Numbered from the stretch's first letter, positions 10,032-21,153 are shown. The stretch is 64,000 nt of DNA from an uncultured delta proteobacterium (GCA_963785235.1 CAWAUM010000012.1:235995-299994), one strand, 5' to 3'. Numbers and translations: made by a program. Notes: generated by a model from the sequence alone, not told the origin.

Positions 10032-10609
10032 GATGGCCTCCTTGCTAAGAATATGAATCTCTCCAGGATCTCTTCACCATAATCGGTAGCAATGGATTCC
10101 GGGTGGAACTGGACCCCGAAAATCGGCATATCTTCATGGCAGATAGCCATGATTTCACCATCGTCATAGGCCCTGGCGCTCACCTGGAAGTCTTTTGGAA
10201 GGCTGGACTCGTCAATGGCCAGCGAGTGGTACCTTACGGCCGAAAAGTTGTCAGGGATTCCATGGAACAGACCCAGACCGTTATGGGCAATCCGGGAGAG
10301 CTTCCCGTGCATGACCTTCTTTGCATAGACTATCTTTCCGCCAAAGGCCTGTGCAATACACTGATGACCGAGGCATACGCCCAAGATGGGGATGGTCCCG
10401 GCAAGGTCTCTTATAATTTCCATGGAGATACCGGCATTATCAGGGGTGCCGGGGCCCGGCGATATGATGATCGCAGACGGGTCAAGATCTCTTACACCAC
10501 CTGAGTCTATGGCGTTGTTCCGCCTGACCACCACCTCCTCGCCGCGTGCCGCTATGGCCTGCACCAGGTTGTAGGTAAACGAATCAAAATTGTCGATCAT
10601 GAGTATCAT
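10028..10609 (-). CDS. trpG: Anthranilate synthase component II (glutamine amidotransferase)
   Basis: IDNFDSFTYNL, SPGPG, GVCLGHQ, RYHSL, QFHPES. Confidence 0.95.
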   Translation of the reverse strand: MILMIDNFDSFTYNLVQAIAARGEEVVVRRNNAIDSGGVRDLDPSAIIISPGPGTPDNAGISMEIIRDLAGTIPILGVCLGHQCIAQAFGGKIVYAKKVMHGKLSRIAHNGLGLFHGIPDNFSAVRYHSLAIDESSLPKDFQVSARAYDDGEIMAICHEDMPIFGVQFHPESIATDYGEEILERFIFLARRPS

Positions 10610-12009
10610 CTCGTCCCCCCCAATGCCGTCTGAAGGGCCTTCAGTTTGTTGTCTATCTCCTTGAGCTCCCGCTCAGGCACGGAATCCCACACGATTCCGG
10701 CGCCTGCCTGGAGGTATGTCTTGTCATTCCTGGAAAATATTGTCCGGATAATGATGCCGGTGTCCATGTTGCCGTTGTATGAAAGGTAGCCCACAGCGCC
10801 GGCATAGGGGCCCCGGCATCTCGCTTCCAGCTCATCGATGATCTCCATGGCCCTTACCTTCGGCGCGCCTGATACAGTTCCCGCAGGGAAGCAGGCCTTG
10901 AGGACATCAACGGCATCCACACCCTTGCGGCGTAATCCCTCGACACACGAGACGATATGCATCACATGCGAATAGAGCTTCACCTTTTCCCTCGCCACCA
11001 CCTTGACCGTGCCGGGGATGCAGACCCGGCCCAGGTCGTTGCGTGCCAGGTCCAGCAGCATGAGATGCTCTGCGCGCTCCTTCTCGTCGTTCAAAAGGTC
11101 CTGCGCCAGATAATCGTCTTCCGGCGTGCTCTTGCCCCTCGGCCTGGTCCCGGCGATGGGGACCGTGGTGATCGTCTCTCCCTGGAGCCTCACCATCTCT
11201 TCAGGGGATGAACCGATCAGGGTTACATCAGCAATCCTCATGAAGAAGAGATATGGCGATGGATTGATGCGCCTGAGCCTGCGGTAGATGTCAAACGGGT
11301 CGCCTTCAAGGTCGATCCTTACCCGCCGCGAGAGCACCACCTGCATGATGTCGCCTTTGTGCAGATAATCCTTGGCCTTAAGCACGGCATCGGTGAACTC
11401 ATCATCACCAGGGGATATCTCCTGCACACCCCGGATGCCGGGCATCTTCGGCCTGACATTGATACTGCCTGAATAGAGCGCTTCCTCGATCTCGGAGAAC
11501 TTTTCCCTTGCAAGGGCGGTCGCTTCCTCATCGGTAATGGAAGGCCCCGGAATCACCTGAAGGAGCTTGAGGTCCTGTTTCAGGTGATCAAAGACCAGCA
11601 GGGTGCTCACCCGGCCAAGCAGTGCATCAGGAAACCCTGAAGACTTTGGCGGCCGTGGCAACACCTCCACCCCCCTGATCATGTCATAACCAATGTAGCC
11701 CACATACCCTCCAATGAAGGGAGGAAGACCGTTTTGGTCAAAGACAAGCGGGTTTGCAATCCTGGGGACTTTTGCCCATGGGTCTTTTTCCCCCTCCTCT
11801 ACCGTTACAACCCCTCCCTTGTCAAAACGGCCGACAAAGCTGTAGGCTACCGGTACGGATTCCAGCAGAAATCCCTGGGACTCTCCCACAAGGGCCTTGT
11901 AGGCGCCGACCGGGGTAACCGTATCGCAGGCCATACTCTGCACGACCAGAACCCCCTGGTCGCCAATGTCTCTGATAATGTTCAATCGGTCCGGCATAAT
12001 TTTCTCCAA
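10606..12009 (-). CDS. trpE: Anthranilate synthase component I
   Basis: NPSPY, GSSPE, PIAGTRPRG, KERAEHLML, PAGTVSGAPK, QAGAGIV. Confidence 0.95.
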   Translation of the reverse strand: MEKIMPDRLNIIRDIGDQGVLVVQSMACDTVTPVGAYKALVGESQGFLLESVPVAYSFVGRFDKGGVVTVEEGEKDPWAKVPRIANPLVFDQNGLPPFIGGYVGYIGYDMIRGVEVLPRPPKSSGFPDALLGRVSTLLVFDHLKQDLKLLQVIPGPSITDEEATALAREKFSEIEEALYSGSINVRPKMPGIRGVQEISPGDDEFTDAVLKAKDYLHKGDIMQVVLSRRVRIDLEGDPFDIYRRLRRINPSPYLFFMRIADVTLIGSSPEEMVRLQGETITTVPIAGTRPRGKSTPEDDYLAQDLLNDEKERAEHLMLLDLARNDLGRVCIPGTVKVVAREKVKLYSHVMHIVSCVEGLRRKGVDAVDVLKACFPAGTVSGAPKVRAMEIIDELEARCRGPYAGAVGYLSYNGNMDTGIIIRTIFSRNDKTYLQAGAGIVWDSVPERELKEIDNKLKALQTALGGTR

Positions 12010-12014
12010 ATAAT

Positions 12015-12049
12015 AAAAAAAGCGGCAAGCTTTCTGGAAGCTTGCCGCT
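12015..12049 (-). terminator. trp attenuator terminator hairpin
   Basis: Minus strand AGCGGCAAGCTT-ccaga-AAGCTTGCCGCT followed by a U tract, just upstream of trpE. Confidence 0.9.
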
Positions 12050-12073
12050 CTGACATGTGGCTTAACGTAAGCC

Positions 12074-12157
12074 CTAAGACAAACCTCCGCGCATAACTTT
12101 ATTCATGGCGCGCCACCACCACCTATTAGCCTTCATCAGATGAATCTTTTTCTTCAT
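12074..12157 (-). CDS. trpL: trp operon leader peptide
   Basis: MKKKIHLMKANRWWWRAMNKVMRGGLS* with three tandem TGG codons upstream of the attenuator hairpin. Confidence 0.9.
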   Translation of the reverse strand: MKKKIHLMKANRWWWRAMNKVMRGGLS

Positions 12158-12159
12158 GT

Positions 12160-12192
12160 TGTTTCTATATATAGAAACATATCGGTTGTCAA
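12160..12192 (-). promoter_or_regulatory. Sigma70-type trp promoter with a 20-bp perfect palindrome over the -10 region
   Basis: TTGACA at 12192-12187; TATAGA/TATATA -10 lies within TGTTTCTATATATAGAAACA (12160-12179). Confidence 0.65.
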
Positions 12193-12312
12193 CCCTTTCT
12201 TCTTAAGAGAAGAAAATTAAAAGGAGACTTGATTTTCCGAGTGTTTGGAGATATCATAATAAGTGTTCGCAAAACCTTTTATTACCAACATCTCCACACA
12301 CAAGGGGGCACT

Positions 12313-13326
12313 ATGAACGACAACATCATCTCCCTAGACCGTCATATCATGGATGAACAGCGCAGGTCCGGGGGCAAGGGCGACTTCAGCTCAATCCTGA
12401 GCCAGATCATCTTCGCCGCCAAGGTCGTGGCTGCACAGGTAGCCCATGCAGGGCTCGTAGAGGACATCCTCGGGAGGACCGGCAAGACAAACATCCAGGG
12501 TGAAGAGGTTCAGAAACTTGATGTATTCGCCAACAAGGTTTTCATCAACGCCTTAAATTATATCGGCAAGGTATGCGTCATGGCCTCGGAAGAAGACCAG
12601 GACATGATCAAAATACCCGATAATTACCCCAAGGGCGACTATGTGGTGATGTTCGACCCCCTGGACGGGTCCACCAACATCGATGTGAATGTGTCCATCG
12701 GCACTATCTTCGGCATCTATAAGAGGGTTACGGATAAAGGCGACGGGACACTGGATGATTGTCTCCAGAAAGGCCATAAACTCTTCGGCGCCGGTTACGT
12801 AATCTACAGCTCAAGCACCATACTGGTCTATTCCACAGGCAACGGGGTCAACGGCTTCAGCCTTGACCCGAGCGTGGGCGAATTCATCCTGTCACACCCC
12901 AACATCACCATGCCCAAGCGCGGAAAGATCTACAGTACAAACGAGGGTAACTGCACCTACTGGAAGCCCGGCACCAGGGAATATATCGACTACCTGAAAT
13001 CCGATAAAAACGCCATGAAAAAACCGTACTCAACCCGCTATATCGGCTCGCTGGTGGCGGACTTCCACCGGAATCTCCTAAAGGGCGGCATCTTCCTCTA
13101 CCCGGAAGACACCAATGACCCCAAGAAACCCACAGGTAAGCTGAGGCTCCTCTACGAGGCCAACCCGCTGGCATTCATAGCCGAACAGGCAGGCGGGTAT
13201 GCATCAACGGGGTACGAGCCCATCCTGGACATCCAGCCCACAGGCCTGCACCAGCGGGTGCCGCTCATCATCGGCTCCAAGGACGATGTCCTGGAATACG
13301 AACAGTTCGCAAAGAAGAATAAATAA
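12313..13326 (+). CDS. fbp: Fructose-1,6-bisphosphatase class 1
   Basis: GEEVQKLD, FDPLDGSTNID, RYIGSLVADFHR, GKLRLLYEANP. Confidence 0.96.
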   Translation: MNDNIISLDRHIMDEQRRSGGKGDFSSILSQIIFAAKVVAAQVAHAGLVEDILGRTGKTNIQGEEVQKLDVFANKVFINALNYIGKVCVMASEEDQDMIKIPDNYPKGDYVVMFDPLDGSTNIDVNVSIGTIFGIYKRVTDKGDGTLDDCLQKGHKLFGAGYVIYSSSTILVYSTGNGVNGFSLDPSVGEFILSHPNITMPKRGKIYSTNEGNCTYWKPGTREYIDYLKSDKNAMKKPYSTRYIGSLVADFHRNLLKGGIFLYPEDTNDPKKPTGKLRLLYEANPLAFIAEQAGGYASTGYEPILDIQPTGLHQRVPLIIGSKDDVLEYEQFAKKNK

Positions 13327-13369
13327 AGGCAATCTTGCCCGGATATCTCATAATTCGAGGAGGCATACC

Positions 13370-14641
13370 ATGGCGAATTCGAAAGACTTCAACAAGGCGC
13401 TGGAGATCGGTCGTCCACCCAACATCGTCAAGCTCTTCCCCAACTCAAAGGCCCTTATTGTGAGCGGCAAGGCAGTTGACCGGGCCATGATAAAAAAGGG
13501 CAAGGCCATGACCATTGCGGCCAACGGCCGCAACAGCATCGTCATCAAAGGGGTCCTGCAGGCGGCCCAGAGGGCCAATGCAGCAGTCATCCTCGAAATC
13601 GCCAAATCCGAGTCATCCTATTGCCTCATCAGCATGTGGAACCTGGCCCGTTATGTGGACAGCATCTGTAACGAGCTCGGCATCACGGTCCCTATAGCCA
13701 TCCATGCCGACCATTTCGGACTCAAGAAACAGCCCGAGGTAGGAAAGGCCAAGGTGGACATCCCCTCCATATTCGATGCTGGCATGACCTCCATTGCCAT
13801 CGATGCATCCCACATGGTGGATGAAGAAAACCTGCTGGCCAATATTGAGCTCAATAAGTATATCCCCTCCTGGGCCGGCTATGAGACCGAGGTGGGCGAG
13901 ATCAAGGGCAAGGAGGGATTATCAACCCCTGAAGAAGCCCTGTTTCTTATCCAGGGCCTGAACGCCAATGGCATTTTCCCGGACCTGATCGCGCTCAACA
14001 ACGGGACAACCCACGGCATCGAGGCCTCAGACTCGGGCATAGACGTGGAACTGACCAAGCGTATCCATGAGCCGCTTGCAAAATACGGCATCTCCGGCGC
14101 CCAGCATGGAACATCCGGCAACAGCTATGAGCGGCTCAAACGCATTGCCACAGAGACACGCACCACCAAGGCCAACGTGGCTACTGCGTTGCAGATGATC
14201 TCCTGGGGGCTCAAGGTCAATGAGTTCGGAAACGCCTTCATGGATGATCAGAAAAACTTTGTCAAGCTGCCGAACGAAGGTGTCACTGATGAGCTGTGGG
14301 CCGAGATGGTGGCCTATGCCCAGGGCAAGTCACTCAAGGCAGGCGACTACAAGAACCTGAACCTGCCCTTTGAGAACAAACTGCTCGCCCAGCCGAGAGA
14401 AATCCGCGAGCGCATGGCCAAGGGCGTGGAGGACTTTGTCTATGACATGCTCGTGAATTGCTTCAATGCTGCAGACACCGCACCGCTTGCCATTGAAGCC
14501 ATCCTCGAGAAGGGTTCCTATGACCTGGGACCAAAGGTAACCCGCATCGAAGACCCCAAGGAGTGGACAAAGGAAAAGATCATGGCCCGCGGCCAGGCCT
14601 TGCATAAGAAAGGAACCGCCACGGGTAATTACGACGATTGA
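13370..14641 (+). CDS. fba: Class II fructose-bisphosphate aldolase (deltaproteobacterial type)
   Basis: IHADH, IAIDASH, ETEVGEI, NNGTTHG, AQHGTSG; GAGGAGG RBS before ATG 13370. Confidence 0.9.
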   Translation: MANSKDFNKALEIGRPPNIVKLFPNSKALIVSGKAVDRAMIKKGKAMTIAANGRNSIVIKGVLQAAQRANAAVILEIAKSESSYCLISMWNLARYVDSICNELGITVPIAIHADHFGLKKQPEVGKAKVDIPSIFDAGMTSIAIDASHMVDEENLLANIELNKYIPSWAGYETEVGEIKGKEGLSTPEEALFLIQGLNANGIFPDLIALNNGTTHGIEASDSGIDVELTKRIHEPLAKYGISGAQHGTSGNSYERLKRIATETRTTKANVATALQMISWGLKVNEFGNAFMDDQKNFVKLPNEGVTDELWAEMVAYAQGKSLKAGDYKNLNLPFENKLLAQPREIRERMAKGVEDFVYDMLVNCFNAADTAPLAIEAILEKGSYDLGPKVTRIEDPKEWTKEKIMARGQALHKKGTATGNYDD

Positions 14642-14721
14642 GAAGACATCATGGCCCTTGACGGGCCTGAATTTGTATGGCATGAGGGCACTGCTCTCAT
14701 TTGAAAACCAGGAAGGTAATA

Positions 14722-14916
14722 ATGGCACGAGTCACCGTTGAAGATTGTCTTGAAAAGGTAAACGATCGCTTTTCTTTAGCCGTTGCTGCATCCAAGCGTA
14801 CCAAGCAGCTCATGAAGGGGTCCAATCCCTTAAGCAGACGCAAGGACAACAAGTTTGTGGTCACGGCGCTGCGCGAATTGGCTGAGGGGAAGATCACGCT
14901 GCACGAACGTACATGA
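14722..14916 (+). CDS. rpoZ: RNA polymerase omega subunit
   Basis: [19 protein letters not shown]...ALRELAEG. Confidence 0.95.
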   Translation: MARVTVEDCLEKVNDRFSLAVAASKRTKQLMKGSNPLSRRKDNKFVVTALRELAEGKITLHERT

Positions 14917-16013
14917 CAAAGAGGGATTACTACGAGATCCTCGGAGTATCGAAGGCAGCGACCGCCGATGAGATAAAGAAGGTCTACCGTCAGCTTGCAC
15001 TGAAATACCATCCGGACCGCAACCCTGGCGATCATGAGGCTGAATCGCGCTTCAAGGAGGCAGCCGAGGCCTACGAGGTGCTCCACGATACTGAAAAGAG
15101 ACGCCTGTACGACCAGTATGGACATGAAGGCCTCTCGCGCACCAACTTCCACGAATTCACCAGCTTTGACGATATATTCAGCAGTTTCTCGGATGTCTTC
15201 GGCGACATGTTCGGTTTCCCGGGGGGCAGAGGTGGTCGCAGGCGTCCCACCAAGGGGGCCGACCTCAGGTACGACACCACCATCACCCTGGAACAGGCAG
15301 CAACAGGCACTGAGATCGAACTGGACATCCCCAAGACGGAACCATGCGAAGAGTGCAAGGGCAGCGGGGCCGAGGCAGGGACATCTCCCGAGCGATGCTC
15401 CACCTGTGGAGGCAAGGGCCAGGTAAACAGGACCCAGGGCTTCTTCACCATCAGCACCACCTGCCCTTCCTGCAGGGGAGCCGGCCAGGTAATCAAAAAG
15501 CCTTGTAAACCCTGCAGGGGAAGCGGCCACGTCACCAAAAGGAAGCACCTCAAGGTCAAGATCCCTGCCGGTGTTGATGCAGGGGCCACCATGCGGGTCC
15601 CTGGAGAAGGCGAGCTTGGTGAATTGGGCGGGCCTCCCGGAGACCTGTATGTCTTCATCAACCTCAAACAGCATGAAACCTTTGTCAGGCAGGGCGATGA
15701 CCTCTATATCGAAATGCCCATCAGCTTTGTGCAGGCATCGCTTGGTACAAGCATAAAGGTTCCAACCTTAGACGGCGAGGCCGACCTGGACATCAAACCC
15801 GGCACCCAGCCCAATGAGATATACACGGTCAAAGACAAGGGCATAAAGCACCTGAGGCACTCAGGCCACGGTTCGCTCCATGTGGGCATCAGGGTGGAGA
15901 TCCCCAAAAAGCTCACGAAGGATCAGGAAGAGCTCCTGCGCAAGTTCGCCGAAATAACCAATGATGACGTGAAGGACTCCAAGAACAAGAAGAAGCTGTT
16001 CGGAAGGTTCTAA
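14913..16013 (+). CDS. dnaJ: Chaperone DnaJ
   Basis: J domain with HPD, four CxxCxGxG repeats. Confidence 0.97.
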   Translation: MTKRDYYEILGVSKAATADEIKKVYRQLALKYHPDRNPGDHEAESRFKEAAEAYEVLHDTEKRRLYDQYGHEGLSRTNFHEFTSFDDIFSSFSDVFGDMFGFPGGRGGRRRPTKGADLRYDTTITLEQAATGTEIELDIPKTEPCEECKGSGAEAGTSPERCSTCGGKGQVNRTQGFFTISTTCPSCRGAGQVIKKPCKPCRGSGHVTKRKHLKVKIPAGVDAGATMRVPGEGELGELGGPPGDLYVFINLKQHETFVRQGDDLYIEMPISFVQASLGTSIKVPTLDGEADLDIKPGTQPNEIYTVKDKGIKHLRHSGHGSLHVGIRVEIPKKLTKDQEELLRKFAEITNDDVKDSKNKKKLFGRF

Positions 16014-16017
16014 AAAC

Positions 16018-17249
16018 TCACTCATACCGCAACGCATCGATGGGGTTCAGAAGCGAGGCCTTATACGCCGGGTAGAACCCGAAGAACACCCCGATAAACC
16101 CTGAAAAACCGAATGCCAGAAGGACTGCCAGCGGAGAGACGACGGTGGGCCACTCGGCAAACTTCGAGATGATGGCTGCGGTAATGGTGCCTACGATTAT
16201 CCCTATAATGCCGCCGATGAGAGAGAGCGTTATGGCCTCGATGATGAACTGGAACCGGATGTCCCTGGCCTTGGCCCCCACGGCCATGCGGATGCCGATC
16301 TCCCTTGTCCGCTCCGTCACTGACACGAGCATGATATTCATGATGCCGATACCCCCGACAACGAGCGAGACCGAGGCAATGGCGCCAAGCAGCAGGGTCA
16401 TGACCGTAGTGAACTGCTGGGCCATCTGGAGCATCTGGGTGAGGTTGCGGACGGTGAAGTCCTGTTCCCTGTTCGGCCCGATGCGATGGCGCTGCATCAG
16501 CAGATCGGTCACCTGTGATTTCTGCATCCGGCAATGCTTCCGTACTTACTGCCTTGACCATAATGGAGCGGACCATGCCGGGACTGGCAGTACCGATAAT
16601 CTTCTTCTGCGCCGTAGTGATAGGGATATAGACGACATCATCCTGGTCCTGGCCCCCGAGCGACTGCCCCTTCTGCTTCCAGGACCCCGATGACCGTAAA
16701 GGGGACATTCTTGATTCGGATGATCTTCCCTACAGGGTCCTCGTTTCCGAAGAGATTTTCCACCACGGTCTGGCCAAGGACGCTGACCTTGGTGGCGTTG
16801 CGCACATCCTGATCCGAAAAGTTTCTCCCCTCCACCACCGTACAGTCGCGGACATCCAGTATGTCAGGGACAGTTCCGGTGATGCCCGTGGCCCAGTTCT
16901 GGTTTCCATAGACAATCTGGCCCGAGCCGTTCAGGATCGGCGCCACGCTCTGAACGGCCGGGCACTCGGTTTCTATGGCTTCTGCATCCCCCATGGTAAG
17001 GGTCGACTGCGAGCCGCTCCCCATGCGCAGTCCGCCCTGGGTGGTGCTGCCGGGGACGACGATGATGAGGTTGCTCCCCACGCTCGCCACCTGCTGTGAG
17101 ATTTTCCTGCTTGCACCGGTCCCCACGGCAAGCATGGCAATGACGGCACCCACGCCGATGATGATCCCCAGCATGGTGAGCGACGAACGCATCTTGTTCA
17201 CCCACAAGGCCCTGAGTGATATCCTGACAGTAGCAGGAATACTAATCAT
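16018..17249 (-). CDS. MacB-type ABC permease (two frameshifts, near 16660 and 16527)
   Basis: RSSLTMLGIIIGVGAV, GGIGIMNIMLVSVTERTREIGIRMAVGA, PIDALRYE across three frames. Confidence 0.88.
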
Positions 17250-17935
17250 ACGCCTTTCACCTCATCGCCTATCACCTTCCCGTCCAGGAAATGGATTCTC
17301 CGTTTGCTGTATGCCGCGATATCCTGTTCATGCGTGACGAGGATGATGGTTATGCCTGAGTCACTGTTGAGCTTTACAAAAAGGTCCATGATCTCCATCG
17401 AGGTCTTTGTGTCAAGGTTTCCGGTGGGCTCGTCCGCAAAGATGAGAGGCGCATCGTTGACAAGCGCCCGCGCAATGGCCACCCGCTGCTGCTGCCCTCC
17501 GGAGAGCTGATTCGGGTGGTGGCGCTCCCTGCCCTCGAGACCCAGGGATTTCAGGGCCGCAAGGGCACGTTTCTTTCTCTGTGCGGCCGGGACGGCATTG
17601 TAGAGCATGGGCAGCTCCACATTCTCCAGGGCAGTAGACCTGGCAAGGAGGTTGAACCCCTGAAAGACAAAGCCGATCTTCCGGCTCCGGATATCCGCCA
17701 GGTCATCGGACGTCAGGCCGCCTATATCCACTCCGTCAAGGCGATAGGTACCGCTGGTGGGCTTGTCCAGACAGCCCACAACATTCATGAAGGTGGATTT
17801 GCCGGACCCCGATGGACCCATGATGGCAACGAACTCTCCATGCCCGATGCTCAAGGTGACCCCGTCCAGGGCGTGGACAGGACTGTCTCCCACATCATAA
17901 ATCTTGAAGAGGTCCAGAGTTTCTATCAGTGCCAT
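17246..17935 (-). CDS. ABC transporter ATP-binding protein (MacB/LolD type)
   Basis: GPSGSGKST, LSGGQQQRVAIARAL, ADEPTGNLD. Confidence 0.95.
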   Translation of the reverse strand: MALIETLDLFKIYDVGDSPVHALDGVTLSIGHGEFVAIMGPSGSGKSTFMNVVGCLDKPTSGTYRLDGVDIGGLTSDDLADIRSRKIGFVFQGFNLLARSTALENVELPMLYNAVPAAQRKKRALAALKSLGLEGRERHHPNQLSGGQQQRVAIARALVNDAPLIFADEPTGNLDTKTSMEIMDLFVKLNSDSGITIILVTHEQDIAAYSKRRIHFLDGKVIGDEVKGV

Positions 17936-19121
17936 CAGTGGAACATCCTCGGGGAGCGGCTTGACTGGGTATCATTATTCTGTCCAACAATCGACACGAT
18001 GACCTCCTGGCCTTCCTTGAGCTGACCGGAAACAACCTCGGTAAAAGAGCCATCGCTTATGCCTGCGGTTATTTTCACCTGCTTGGGTTTGTTCTTCTCA
18101 AGAATCCAGATCGCCGGCCCTTTATTCCCTGTAGCGCGCTTCTTGGGGGTGTTCGTGGATCCGTCTCCTTCAGCCTGCGGGCGGAAGCGCAATGCACTGT
18201 TGGGCACCAGCAAAACCCCTTTCCTGCTGTCAGTAATGATGGAAACATTGGCAGTCATACCGGGCTTGAGTTTAAGCTCGGCATTGTTCACCTGTACAAT
18301 CACATCATAGGTAACAACGTTCTGCACCGTGGTGGGGGCATTGCGTACCTCGGACACCTTGCCGGTAAAATTCATATCAGGATAGGCATCCACGGTAAAG
18401 TCGTACATCCTGATTCACCTTCACCTTGCCTATATCCGCTTCATCCACGCTCGTGTCGATCTGCATCTTGGTGAGGTCTTCGGCAATAGTGAAGAGTGTC
18501 GGGGTCTGGAAGCTTGCGGCGACCGTCTGGCCGACATCGATGCTCCGGGAGATGACCGTTCCGTTTACCGGGGAAACGATTCTCGTATACCTCAGACTGG
18601 TCTGAGCCTGGCTCAATGCAGCCCGGCCCTGGAGGACCTGGGCCTTTGCTGCGTCAAGTTGTGCATCGGCGGCCTGGGCATTGGTTTCGGAAGTGTCCAG
18701 GTCGCTTTGGGCTATGAAATCCTTGGCTACTGAGCTGTTTGTTACGCTCATATGTCCGCCGTGCATCCAGAAGGGAGGCCTGGGCCTTTTTGAGATTGGC
18801 CTCGGCGCTGAGAAGGCTCGCCACTGCCTGGTCCACCTGGGCCTGGATCGTTGCAGGATCGATCTGCGCCAGGAGCTGGCCCTTTTTTACCGGGGAATTG
18901 TAGTCCACATACAATGCATTGATCGTCCCCGAGACCTGTGTTCCTACAAGTACGGTCGTGACTGCATTGACTGTACCCGTAGCCGTTACCTTGGCATCAA
19001 GGTCACCCTTCTGTGCCGTGGCTGTCTTGTACTGGGGTTTGCCATTCTCTTTCTTTATCAGGTACCACGCGCCCATGGCCGCGATGAGAATTATCAATCC
19101 ACCTATAAGAACCTTCTTCAC
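17935..19121 (-). CDS. MacA-type periplasmic adaptor subunit (frameshifted)
   Basis: GTG start KKVLIGG; VGTQVSG, SPVNGTVISR, GQTVAASFQTPTLF, LKPGMTANV spread over three frames. Confidence 0.85.
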
Positions 19122-20446
19122 TGTTTGACCCCCATGGCCTTTTCCAGGTTTGCAATGGCCAGCCGGTAGTAAATACAGGGCATTGGTATAGGCGGTCTTT
19201 GAATTGATCTCCAATACAACAGCATCGGCCACCTCGATGCTGTTCCCCACACCGGCCGCATACCGCCCCTGCGCCAGCTCGCGGTTCTCCTTGGCCTGCA
19301 CCACGCTCACCTCTGCCAGCACTATCCCCTCCCTGGCATCATTGAGATTATAATAGGCCTGCTCCACATCAAACCTGATGCCCTGCCGGATGTTGTCCTC
19401 GTTCGACCTTGCCACCTCCAGGTTGGCCCGGGCCTCTTCCACCTGGGACCGCGTGAGGAAACCGCTGAACAGCGGGAAGTTAAGCGCTGCCCCTACGGTC
19501 CACTGCTTATCCAGCGGAAAATCCTGGCCTGTCCACCCATACCCCGCATTGCCCGAGAGCACCGGATAGTACCCTGTCCGGGCCAGGTCTATGGACCGCT
19601 CGGCAGCCTCACGCTTCGCTGTGGCAGAGGCCAGGTCCGGCCTTGCATCATAGCCCCTCTTCAGTGCCGTGGCCAGGTCAATGGGGTAATCCTGGTAGGC
19701 CATGCTGTCCTTCACTTCATAGCCCGGAGCATCCGGCACCCCCATGGCGTTGTTCAGAGAAATCCTCGCAATGCGCAGCGCATTGTCCGCCTTGAGCAGG
19801 TTGAGCCTTGCCTGGCTCAGATCCACCTCTGCCTTTGTCACATCGATCTTCGGCTTTGTCCCCACCTCGTAGAATCTCTTGGCCTGATCCAGGTGCTGCC
19901 GGAACTGCACTACCTCCTGGGCATAGGCATCCCTGCTCTGCATGGACTGGATTATGCTGTAGTAGGCCTGTTTGACCCCAAGGACGATCTGGCTCTGCGT
20001 ATAATCAAGGTCGGCACGGGCCGCATCTGCTCCAAATGACTGTACGTCCACCTGCGAAGAAGTCTTGCCGAAATCAATGAGCGTCTGGTTGAGGTTAAAC
20101 GAGCTCTGGTATTGATCGTAGGAGGACTTCTCCGATCCCAGGTTGCCCGAGACTCCGGAAGGGTGGATGCGGCTGTAACCGCTGGACAGGTCGGCCTGTC
20201 GGGTAATAGCCCGACCTCGCCTGGGATACCTTGCTTTCGCTTGCCTTGAGGCTGCCTTGGGCACCCTTGATAGCAGGGTGGTTCTTCAGCGCAATGGCTA
20301 TGCAGCGATCAAGATCCAGGGTCTCGCCTTGCCTGATCTCATCCGCCGCACCGGACACAAGGGGTAAGAGTGCTATCAGACTCAGGCAATACAGGAAACG
20401 CCAGGACCCATTGTATACGTTGTTTCCAAGAGATTGTATCTTCCAT
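19118..20446 (-). CDS. TolC-family outer membrane protein (frameshifted)
   Basis: LDLDRCIAIALKNHP, YYP-x-LS, LNFPLFSG, RYAAGVG; fragments 20095-20358 and 18654-20264. Confidence 0.82.
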
Positions 20447-20627
20447 GAACCATATCATCTTATTCATCATAGTTATATAATCTCGCCGAAATTTTTTTAA
20501 AGAGCATACATTCATCCTATTTCATTTTCCCAATCTAACATATTTCTTTACAGACGTATGGTGAAAAGGATTTGTTTACATTGGGGTAATAATACTAGAT
20601 GAAGAGATCTGTTCTACTATAGAAGTC

Positions 20628-20650
20628 CGGGCACAAGGCATGCCCCTACA
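20628..20650 (-). repeat. GTAG-type REP half-site remnant
   Basis: Minus strand GTAGGGGCATGCCTTGTGCCCGG, a GTAG-led short palindrome. Confidence 0.4.
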
Positions 20651-20727
20651 ACCATTTTCATCATTCATTGGTTTCAACACTTCTCTGCTCTTCTTAGAGA
20701 GTACCTGGAAGTTGAAGGGCTTATTGA

Positions 20728-21072
20728 TTAATCATCATTATCCTTGATGACACTGCCCGGATCTGTTCTGAGTCTTTCCAGTTTGCTCTTGAATTCTTCG
20801 GTGGGTTTGACCCCTGCCTTCTTAAGCATCTGCTCGGCATTCAGGCCTATGTTCCTTGAGTCCTTGTAGAAACTATCGGACTTTCGTGCCTTGGGGTTAT
20901 ATGAAGAAGTGCGATCAGATCCCGATGAATGATAGCTCACCTTGGAAATAATCCTCTTGAGGTCTTGTGATCCGCAACTCTCACATGTGGGATCAACAGG
21001 GGACGTATAACCCTGGACAAGAAAACTTGTCAGATGGTTGCAACCCTTGCACTTATATTCATATATTGGCAT
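20728..21072 (-). CDS. FmdB-family zinc-ribbon protein
   Basis: MPIYEYKCKGC...CESCGS..LKRIIS. Confidence 0.85.
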   Translation of the reverse strand: MPIYEYKCKGCNHLTSFLVQGYTSPVDPTCESCGSQDLKRIISKVSYHSSGSDRTSSYNPKARKSDSFYKDSRNIGLNAEQMLKKAGVKPTEEFKSKLERLRTDPGSVIKDNDD

Positions 21073-21096
21073 TGTATGAACCACTAAGGATATATA

Positions 21097-21146
21097 AGGC
21101 GGGGTTCCAATGGATCTATCCAACGCATCCATCTTGAACCCCGCCT
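21097..21146. other. Stem-loop downstream of dnaK
   Basis: AGGCGGGGTTC...GAACCCCGCCT outer stem with inner ATGGAT/ATCCAT. Confidence 0.55.
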
Positions 21147-21153
21147 CTTGTTC

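Noticed and set aside
13199-13369. N-terminal extensions of fba, fbp, lpxH, the SPOR gene and FmdB given by the ORF track
   Set aside because: Downstream starts fit RBS position and family N-termini better; most extensions overlap neighbouring genes or regulatory DNA.
14697-15674. Long antisense ORFs (e.g. opposite dnaJ, trpD, dnaK, argS)
   Set aside because: Shadow frames of well-supported genes, with no motifs or RBS of their own.
18654-20264. TolC-MacA fusion ORF
   Set aside because: Produced by a frameshift near 19170; the proper TolC stop overlaps the adaptor's GTG start.
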